In this document: piece after piece, positions 57,343-64,000 of the stretch | How positions within the stretch are numbered: the stretch's first letter is position 1 | Layout: every line of letters starts with the position of its first letter | Assembly: GCA_964599615.1 (NCBI GenBank) | Contig: CAZRGF010000004.1 | Location: 3,810 to 67,809 of the forward strand | Direction of reading: 5' to 3' | Length of the DNA: 64,000 nt | From: Candidatus Woesearchaeota archaeon | GTDB lineage: Archaea > Nanobdellota > Nanobdellia > Pacearchaeales > UBA284 | Program-made: the position numbers and the translations under genes | Notes under the pieces: model-generated | What the model was told of the DNA's origin: nothing | Seen by the model: the letters and a program-made list of their open reading frames with translations, nothing else | Database searches by the model: none

Positions 57343-57543
57343 ATGGATTATCAATTAATAGCAAATTCAGTCAATAAGGTGGTAGATTATGCGTCACTAG
57401 CTACGGGAATTGCAGTTTGTGCTTTGTTCCCGTTTTATTTAGCCAACCAAAGAAAATTTAGAAGAGAATTTCAGAGAGATGTTAAACAATTCGGAGAGAG
57501 TATGGAAACACTAATTAAAAAAATTGAAATAAGCAACATATAG
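57343..57543 (+). CDS. small hypothetical protein
   Basis: 66 aa ORF between two ribosomal protein genes. Confidence 0.25.
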   Translation: MDYQLIANSVNKVVDYASLATGIAVCALFPFYLANQRKFRREFQRDVKQFGESMETLIKKIEISNI

Positions 57544-57548
57544 ATAAA

Positions 57549-58079
57549 ATGGTATTAAAGAAAAAATATTTTGATGTTCAACTTGAAGTCTTAAATTCAA
57601 GCATCCCTTTACTAGCCTATACTGCAGAGTCTTTGAACGGAAAAGCAATAAAATTTGACTTGACTAAAATCTTGAAAGGAAAAAACTGCGAAGCCCGTTT
57701 TATGGTCCATGAAAAGGAAAAAGAGCTTTATGGGGAAATGGTCTCTTTCTCAATATATCCCTCATTCATAAGAAAGATGATTGGCCATAACATCAGTATC
57801 ATAGAAGAGTCTTTTGCATGCAAAGCCAAAGATGCTAATTTGAGGATAAAACCTTTTTTAATAACAAGAAAGCGTGTCCATAGAAGTGTTAGAACAGAGC
57901 TAAGGAACAAGGCAAAAGAATTTTTGACAAATACCGCAGAATCTTTGACAAAAGCAGATTTCTTCCAATATGCAATTAATGGGACAATACAAAAAGACCT
58001 CTCAAAACATCTCAAGAAAATTTATCCATTAGCTGTTTCTGAAATAAGGGTTGTTGAAGTTGTAAAAACAAAGAAATAA
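57549..58079 (+). CDS. rps3ae: 30S ribosomal protein S3Ae (eS1)
   Basis: C-terminal KKIYPLAVSEIRVVEV matches the S3Ae hallmark KKIYPLRxVEIRK; 176 aa. Confidence 0.7.
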   Translation: MVLKKKYFDVQLEVLNSSIPLLAYTAESLNGKAIKFDLTKILKGKNCEARFMVHEKEKELYGEMVSFSIYPSFIRKMIGHNISIIEESFACKAKDANLRIKPFLITRKRVHRSVRTELRNKAKEFLTNTAESLTKADFFQYAINGTIQKDLSKHLKKIYPLAVSEIRVVEVVKTKK

Positions 58080-58148
58080 GCAAGTTTACATTATGCAATA
58101 AAAGAGTATATATACTTTAAGTATCTTAAATAATAAAAGAGAAATAAA

Positions 58149-58481
58149 ATGAGAGGTAAACCCAAAGCAATAATCTTTTCGATAATTGTTTTACTTATAC
58201 TTCTAGTAAGTCTATTTATAATACTAATTTTTTTAGATAAAACCCCAGAAACTTCTTCCAATAAGGTGATTTATTATAGTGTTTCAAATAATTATTATAG
58301 GGATAATCCTAGATTTTATTCAGTTTATACTTATCCCTATTACTCCGAAATCAGTGACTATTACCATTATCACCACAGATACAAAGAAAATCCAGAACCA
58401 CTTCCCAGTTATATTCAAATTGAACCAGTTGCAATCCAAGCTCCGAATTATGCCCCAACAAATTTACATAACGCACATTAA
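58149..58481 (+). CDS. membrane-anchored Tyr/His-rich low-complexity protein
   Basis: N-terminal TM, then YYSVSNNYYRDNPRFYSVYTYPYYSEISDYYHYHHRYK. Confidence 0.3.
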   Translation: MRGKPKAIIFSIIVLLILLVSLFIILIFLDKTPETSSNKVIYYSVSNNYYRDNPRFYSVYTYPYYSEISDYYHYHHRYKENPEPLPSYIQIEPVAIQAPNYAPTNLHNAH

Positions 58482-58602
58482 TTCTTAAGAAAAAATTTGG
58501 ACTATTCTCTTCTAATTTTCAATTTTTTTAAGGATTCTTATAATATCCCTCTTCTCCACAAAATTTTAAAAGCCTCTTTCTCTCTCTTTTTATAACATTC
58601 GT

Positions 58603-58675
58603 GCCTCTATAGCTCAGTGGCTAGAGCATCTGTTTTGTAAACAGAGGGTCGCAGGTTCAAATCCTGCTAGAGGCT
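58603..58675 (+). tRNA. tRNA-Thr(UGU): tRNA-Thr (anticodon UGU)
   Basis: cloverleaf folded by hand: acceptor gcctcta/tagaggc, D-loop agtggcta, anticodon stem tctgt/acaga with loop tttgtaa, T-loop ttcaaat; no encoded CCA. Confidence 0.85.
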
Positions 58676-58731
58676 TTCTGTTTTAGTTCAAATCCTCCAA
58701 AGATTTAAATCCTTGAAGAGGTTATAAAAAA

Positions 58732-59301
58732 ATGAAAAAAATTGTGCTGACTTTGATAATTATCGGAATAATTATTCTCATTGGCATTTTATTATTCTAC
58801 TTTTTCGGAAGAGAAAGCCAAGGCAGTCATGAATGCAAGGGGGAGAATAATTGTGTTGCTTTAGGTGGTTGCCATCCCGGATGTTGGAACAAAAACAATT
58901 TACCCAGGGATTATATCTGGAATCAACAAATGTGTGGAATGAAGGCGCCAGAAAATTGTGGATGTATCGAAAATATATGCGTTGCAGATTATGGGTCTTA
59001 TGCTGCAAAATTACTTAGTTTTAGTGGTGGTTCTTTTGTTGAATCTGCAAGTTTTTATGAGGGTGAATTAACCATGGACATTACAAATAAAATGATGACC
59101 GGTGTCCCATATTCTGATTTAATGAATCAATCTTCTCATAAATCTGTTTTTGTTTGTACAACAAGTTGGTCTTGGGTAAAGGTTGGTTCTTGTTATGAGT
59201 TAAATGAGTTGGAGATTCAAAGAAATCAAGCAGAACACAAATACTCCATAGGGTTAAGTGGATGTTATATTGGTTCATTTAAAGAAATAAGTTGCACATA
59301 G
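58732..59301 (+). CDS. membrane-anchored Cys-rich extracellular protein
   Basis: signal anchor followed by 10+ Cys. Confidence 0.4.
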   Translation: MKKIVLTLIIIGIIILIGILLFYFFGRESQGSHECKGENNCVALGGCHPGCWNKNNLPRDYIWNQQMCGMKAPENCGCIENICVADYGSYAAKLLSFSGGSFVESASFYEGELTMDITNKMMTGVPYSDLMNQSSHKSVFVCTTSWSWVKVGSCYELNELEIQRNQAEHKYSIGLSGCYIGSFKEISCT

Positions 59302-59395
59302 TTAGAACAAATTCTGTAAAAACCACCCCTTTTTGTTCATACTTTGCTAGAGGCTTTTCCAAAACTCTTAAATACTATTTTTTCCTTAAATAAAG

Positions 59396-60202
59396 ATGGT
59401 AGCTGAAAAAAACAAAAAAGAAAATCTGGCTTTAGTTCTTTCAGGTGGCGGGGCTCGAGGAATGGCCCATATTGGAGTTTTAAAAGTTCTTGAAAAGAAT
59501 AATATTGTTCCCAACATAATTATCGGGACATCTGCAGGCGCTATGGTTGGCGGGATGTATGCTGCCGGAAAATTAGCAGATTTTGAAAAAATGTTAACAA
59601 GTAAAAGTCAAAAAGACATAAAAAAACTTGCTGCTTTTCGTCCCCATGAGGGGGGCTTGATTAATCCAGATAGGCTTGAAAAAGAATTGAGGAAGATAAT
59701 CGGAAATAAAAAAATAGAAGAACTAGACAAGAAATATTTCGCAACCGCAGTTGATTTACTAACTGGAAAAGAAGTTAGGATGGAGAGGGGGGATTTATGT
59801 CAAGCTATTCTGGCAAGCAGTTCAATTCCATTATTAGTACCTCCTGTTAAAAAAGAAGGGATGTTGCTTGTAGACGGGGGTTTACAAAATCCTTTAGCCA
59901 TAGATGACGGATTCGACGTAGCTAGAAAAGTTATTGCTGTGAGTATTGAACGAGATATTAAAGAGATGCCAAAAAAAGAAAAATATGGTTTTGTAGATAT
60001 TGCTGAAAGAACATTAACAATAATGCAATGCGACATCGTTGAAAATTCACTTAAGAAATATAAAGACAATTTAATTGTGTTGAGGCCAAATGTCAATATG
60101 GATACACTGGATTTTCATAAAGGAAAAGAAGCTATTGAAATAGGAGAAAAGGAAGCTGAGAAACACATAGAAGAGATAAAAAAACTTGTTCTTGCAGAAT
60201 AA
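59396..60202 (+). CDS. patatin-like phospholipase
   Basis: oxyanion motif GGGARG and GxSxG nucleophile (GTSAGA). Confidence 0.75.
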   Translation: MVAEKNKKENLALVLSGGGARGMAHIGVLKVLEKNNIVPNIIIGTSAGAMVGGMYAAGKLADFEKMLTSKSQKDIKKLAAFRPHEGGLINPDRLEKELRKIIGNKKIEELDKKYFATAVDLLTGKEVRMERGDLCQAILASSSIPLLVPPVKKEGMLLVDGGLQNPLAIDDGFDVARKVIAVSIERDIKEMPKKEKYGFVDIAERTLTIMQCDIVENSLKKYKDNLIVLRPNVNMDTLDFHKGKEAIEIGEKEAEKHIEEIKKLVLAE

Positions 60203-60251
60203 AGTAATTGTTTAGTTCTCAAGTTATTTAATTAAAAATCAGAGATTTCAT

Positions 60252-60317
60252 TAAAAGCGAAAGCGCAAATTTGTAACTTAAAAGGTTTGGTTGTCAACAA
60301 CCAGCTATAAGTGTAAA
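60252..60317. repeat. repeat family B copy fused to a family-A-like 5' end (…ggttgtcaacaaccagctataagtgtaaatag)
   Basis: aaaagcgaaagcgcaaatttgtaacttaaaaggtttgg + hairpin + ccagctataagtgtaaa. Confidence 0.55.
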
Positions 60318-60387
60318 TAGATATAAGCTTAATTAATTTAAAGATTTTTCAACCAAAAATTTATAATCTCCCCCTTATACCACCATT

Positions 60388-60567
60388 ATGGATAAAAGAT
60401 TTAAAAAAATAATAATAATAGTCTTGATCATCTTGGCCGTAATTGTTCTTGCTTTATTTGTAAGATTCGTGATTGGTGGTTCAGAAGACACTTGGATATG
60501 TTCTGCTGGAGAATGGGTCAAGCATGGAAATCCAGCTAACCTCATGCCTAGCAACCCCTGTATTTAA
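60388..60567 (+). CDS. unlisted 59-aa membrane-anchored ORF
   Basis: MDKRFKKIIIIVLIILAVIVLALF... translated by hand; below the ORF-track cut-off. Confidence 0.25.
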   Translation: MDKRFKKIIIIVLIILAVIVLALFVRFVIGGSEDTWICSAGEWVKHGNPANLMPSNPCI

Positions 60568-60631
60568 GTTTCTAATAATTCAATATTCTACCATCGAAAA
60601 ACTTTAAAACCCTTCTTCCCTAAAGATATTC

Positions 60632-61015
60632 ATGATAAAGGTATATGAAATCCCTGCAGATAAAATAGATTCAGCCAAAAATATCTTAGAAGCTCCTGAC
60701 CAAAGTTCTGGCGAGTTAGATGTCGAACTTGAAAAAGAACCTGGCAAGGCGGGAAAAGAGAAAGCAAAATCTTGGAAGATTAATGAATTCAAGAAACAAG
60801 GCTATATCCTCAGAGAAGCAAAAGCTTTGGGAATTGAAAAAAAAGTATTCTTTTTAGAGATTTCTGCAGAAGAAGATTTTTTCAAGAGAAATGAAAAATT
60901 ATTATTGGATACAGGAGCAAAAGTTTTAAATACCTCTGACTCTGACGATATCATTAGAAAAATCAGCGACATGGAATCAAATGCCTCAAGCGGCATTGGC
61001 CTCATATTCGGATGA
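60632..61015 (+). CDS. hypothetical protein
   Basis: 127 aa acidic ORF. Confidence 0.35.
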   Translation: MIKVYEIPADKIDSAKNILEAPDQSSGELDVELEKEPGKAGKEKAKSWKINEFKKQGYILREAKALGIEKKVFFLEISAEEDFFKRNEKLLLDTGAKVLNTSDSDDIIRKISDMESNASSGIGLIFG

Positions 61016-61493
61016 TAAGAAAGTAAAAATGGCAGACGAAAATGATAGAGAAGCATTGTTAAGTCTTTTTTGTGGAGTATGTTTTTCAAGATGTAAAGGA
61101 ATGACTCCCAAAAGATTGTTAAGAAAATATGAATTAATTTCAGCAGGTACTGAAGTTCTGTTAGTAGATAAGAAAGTTGGACCAAGGGCAATGGGAAAAC
61201 TTGTAAATTTAGCTAGTGAAGCACAAAAAAGATTTTGTTCTGAGACGCATGCGCCAAATCAACAATTGCTAGATCTAGAAGCATATATCACCGATAGCAA
61301 TGAGTGTTCTGATTTAGTGGTCCAACCATTTGAACATCAACCCAATGAAGCATATACTTTTTTCTTAGTATCAAGGCCTGTTCAGAGTGAACCAACTAAT
61401 GAACATTATGGTATGGTAAAAATTCCTCAGAAAAGAAACGAATCAGGGATAGTACATAATGTCCGTTATTCTCTCGATCATCTCTCAATCTAG
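60981..61493 (+). CDS. hypothetical protein (probable start MADENDRE at 61029)
   Basis: 170 aa ORF, atypical Q/H-rich composition. Confidence 0.35.
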   Translation: MPQAALASYSDDKKVKMADENDREALLSLFCGVCFSRCKGMTPKRLLRKYELISAGTEVLLVDKKVGPRAMGKLVNLASEAQKRFCSETHAPNQQLLDLEAYITDSNECSDLVVQPFEHQPNEAYTFFLVSRPVQSEPTNEHYGMVKIPQKRNESGIVHNVRYSLDHLSI

Positions 61494-61547
61494 TTTTCTA
61501 AACCTTTTTAATTAACTTTTTAAATCCCCAATTCTAGTTAATTCCAA

Positions 61548-61664
61548 GGGCCCATAGTCCAGTGGTTACGACGACTCTTTGACGAAGCTCTCTTTCCGTA
61601 AAGAGACCTTGGAGAGAAAGCTGCAATATGGAGTAGATCCTCGGTTCGATCCCGAGTGGGCCCA
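61548..61664 (+). tRNA. tRNA-Val(GAC): intron-containing tRNA (anticodon read as GAC, Val; ~44-nt intron after position 37)
   Basis: acceptor gggccca/tgggccc, D-loop agtggtta, anticodon stem actct/ggagt, T-arm ctcgg-ttcgatc-ccgag; 44 extra nt in the anticodon loop contain hairpin tctcttt-ccgt-aaagaga. Confidence 0.75.
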
Positions 61665-61756
61665 TTTCTTCTCTTATTTATCAAAGTTAATTCAAAACTT
61701 TTATATACTATTTTTTCTTCATAATACCATCTGAAAAAAGACGGTAATTTACAAAA

Positions 61757-63601
61757 ATGTTTAAGAAAAAAGCACAGGTGACTTTATTTGTTATCCTCGC
61801 AGTTGTAATTGTTGCTCTTGCATTAGCAACATACTTCATTGTAACCAGGACTTCTTTAATTACAAACGAAAATGAAGTTGAAACTTATTTCAAAACCTGT
61901 GTAGACAATAAAGTAAAAGAAGTTGTTGCAACAGCTGAACTTCAAGGCGGCTTTTTAGAACTGCCTAATTTTGAATCAGGTTCTGAAGTTTTTCCTTTTT
62001 CAAGTTATTTTAATTTTCTTGCCTTGGATATTCCTTATTGGTATTATGTTTCAGGAAACGGCTTGCAGAGTATCCAGCGTCCAGAAATAGAAGAAATAGA
62101 AAAACAATTTGCCAGTTATTTAAAACCATATATCAAAGACTGTACTAATTTTGAAAAATTAGAAAAATTCTCTAATTTGAACATCACCTATGGAGAAATA
62201 GAGAATATCTCTGTAAAGATAAGATCAGATTATGTTGAGTCTTCTGTTATCATGCCATTGACTGTTAAAAGTCGGGAAGTAGATTTCAAAAAGTCAGAGC
62301 ATAAAATCAACACCAAAACTTATTTTGGTTCTTTGTATAAAGATGCTTCAACTCTTTTTGATCAAGAAAAAGATAGCACAATCCTGGAAAAGTATTCTCT
62401 GGATGTAATACATAATTACGCTCCTGTTGAAGGCTTGGAGATAAGCTGTGTTCCAAAAATTTGGCAAAAGACACAAGTTCAAGATGACTTGAAATTAGCA
62501 TTACAAGAGAATATTCAAGCACTGAAAGTTTCTGGTTCAGATTATAGGCTAAAATACAAGGAAAATAGATATTTTGTGATAGATTCTCCAATCAACAAAC
62601 AAGTTAATTTTCTTTATTTAAAAAATTGGCCAACGAAGATAGATGTATGGCCAAACCAGGGGGCTTTATTAAAAGCAGAACCTATTGGCAATCAAGCTAG
62701 CCTGGGTTCTTTAGGATTCTGTATTATTCCCTATCATTTTGTTTATGATGTCAGTTTTCCTGTGCTTATTCAGGTTTCATATGGGACAGAGATGTTCCAA
62801 TTTCCCGTTCTAGTGGTTATTGAAAAAATGTCCCCAAGGAGTTTTAGTTCAAATGAGACAAATCCACTTGAGTTGGATATATGCCCAACACCAGGACAAT
62901 TAGGGACAGTATTCACAAATTCAGAGAATAAACCTATTGCTTCAGATATTTCCTATAGATGTTTAAAACAAACATGTGCGATAGGTAGAACAAATGTTTC
63001 TGGAAACGAAGCAAGATTGACAACAACCTTTCCAAAATGTGTCAATGGTTATATTGTGGCTAAGTCTGAGGGTTATAAAGAAACAGAAGCTCTGGTTTCT
63101 ACTAATGAACCATTCATATTAAATGTTAATTTAGAAAAATTATACACTCTTTCTTTAGAATTGAATACAGTTAATGGAGAAAGCGCGATTATTTCTTTTA
63201 ATTCAACAGATTATTCAGTCAATCTGCTATATCCTCCACAAAAAACAATAGAAATTCCAGAAGGCAATTATGATGTCCGCGTCCAGATTTACAAAGAATC
63301 AGGTTTATCTCTTGGATCTCAAGAAACTGAAAGATGCATGAGTGTTCCATCTTCAGGAATTCCTGGGATGATGGGGATAACAACAGAACAATGTTATAAT
63401 ATTACATTGCCAGCATCACAATTGACAAATGTGCCAACAGGTGGAGGTTTCTCTGAATTTTTTGTAACATCTGGAGAATTAAAATCCTCTACTAAGATTA
63501 AGATTCAAGCAGAGAAATTTGATGTTCCCAAATCAGCAGAGGAAGTGATGGATATCTTAGACTTCATCAATTTATCTCCTTTAGAAATAAATTTAGAATA
63601 A
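61757..63601 (+). CDS. large extracellular protein with class-III-like signal (MFKKKAQ-VTLFVILAVVIV...)
   Basis: same K-K-A-Q signal subtype as the 39112 and 39533 ORFs; 614 aa. Confidence 0.45.
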   Translation: MFKKKAQVTLFVILAVVIVALALATYFIVTRTSLITNENEVETYFKTCVDNKVKEVVATAELQGGFLELPNFESGSEVFPFSSYFNFLALDIPYWYYVSGNGLQSIQRPEIEEIEKQFASYLKPYIKDCTNFEKLEKFSNLNITYGEIENISVKIRSDYVESSVIMPLTVKSREVDFKKSEHKINTKTYFGSLYKDASTLFDQEKDSTILEKYSLDVIHNYAPVEGLEISCVPKIWQKTQVQDDLKLALQENIQALKVSGSDYRLKYKENRYFVIDSPINKQVNFLYLKNWPTKIDVWPNQGALLKAEPIGNQASLGSLGFCIIPYHFVYDVSFPVLIQVSYGTEMFQFPVLVVIEKMSPRSFSSNETNPLELDICPTPGQLGTVFTNSENKPIASDISYRCLKQTCAIGRTNVSGNEARLTTTFPKCVNGYIVAKSEGYKETEALVSTNEPFILNVNLEKLYTLSLELNTVNGESAIISFNSTDYSVNLLYPPQKTIEIPEGNYDVRVQIYKESGLSLGSQETERCMSVPSSGIPGMMGITTEQCYNITLPASQLTNVPTGGGFSEFFVTSGELKSSTKIKIQAEKFDVPKSAEEVMDILDFINLSPLEINLE

Positions 63602-63740
63602 AAATGATAAAAAAGATTAAACTAAAAAATCAATAATAAACATAAACCAGATAAATATTTAAAAACGAAGTGCAGAACCAACAAATTTGTGTTTAAGCAC
63701 ATCTGTAGGTTAATGGTTTTGTCTACCCAAATACATAAAA

Positions 63741-64000
63741 ATGATAAATAAAAAAGATAAAAAAGATTTGAAAATAATCTTGATAGTGTTACTCTTAATG
63801 ATATTTATCACTGCATTTCCTACGGTTTTATCAGAAGAAGGATTGCAAACTACTGCACAACCCACTGAGTTACAGACGACAATAACACCAACTACTCCTG
63901 AATATTATTACTATCCTTCTTTAAACGATCCTTCTAATTTTATGTCTTGGAACAACGACTTTTGCAACCAGACTGAAAGCATGGATTTTATTGTTGAATT
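63741..64000 (+). CDS. secreted Thr/Pro-rich protein (3' partial, runs off window)
   Basis: ATG at 63741, signal peptide IILIVLLLMIFITAF, open to the window end. Confidence 0.35.
   Translation, partial: MINKKDKKDLKIILIVLLLMIFITAFPTVLSEEGLQTTAQPTELQTTITPTTPEYYYYPSLNDPSNFMSWNNDFCNQTESMDFIVE

Noticed and set aside
57343-57543. Expected rps27e downstream of rpl44e
   Set aside because: The 66-aa ORF here has no C4 zinc-finger pattern, so it was not called S27e.
1-64000. CRISPR arrays, rRNA genes, transposase or integrase genes
   Set aside because: None found. The repeats present are dispersed and non-periodic rather than CRISPR-like, and no ORF has transposase- or integrase-like motifs.

Overview
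AT-rich (~30% GC) archaeal window with the gene content and compactness of a small-genome, DPANN-like archaeon. All calls rest on reading motifs by eye in the supplied six-frame translations; no database searches were run.

Main contents:
- Information-processing genes: SecY, uL15, aIF-5A, SecE-Spt5/NusG, FtsZ, RadA, RPA, SRP54, FtsY, ribosomal proteins eL42 (L44e) and eS1 (S3Ae), a GINS-like protein, prefoldin alpha, and two tRNAs (one intron-containing).
- An N-glycosylation island at 1–12.4 kb, all on the minus strand: B12-binding radical SAM protein, FkbM methyltransferase, GT2 and GT1 glycosyltransferases, a second methyltransferase, UDP-GlcNAc 2-epimerase, GlcNAc-1-P transferase, AglB oligosaccharyltransferase, Wzx-like flippase.
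- An archaeal type-IV-pilus-like locus at 38.3–48.2 kb: a TadC/FlaJ-like polytopic membrane protein followed by about 12 minus-strand genes with class-III-type signal peptides. A PilB/FlaI-family ATPase lies separately at 28.0–30.3 kb.
- Several families of short repeats confined to intergenic DNA:
  - a MITE-like family with terminal inverted repeats (8 copies plus one fragment), including a tandem pair and a nested insertion;
  - a second family built around a hairpin whose stem shows compensatory base changes between copies;
  - two promoter-proximal motifs, each present in the same orientation upstream of two different genes.
- Also present: a frameshifted gene, tandem paralog pairs, a triplet of paralogous small membrane proteins, and small ORF clusters with atypical amino-acid composition.
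- No rRNA genes, CRISPR arrays or transposases were seen.
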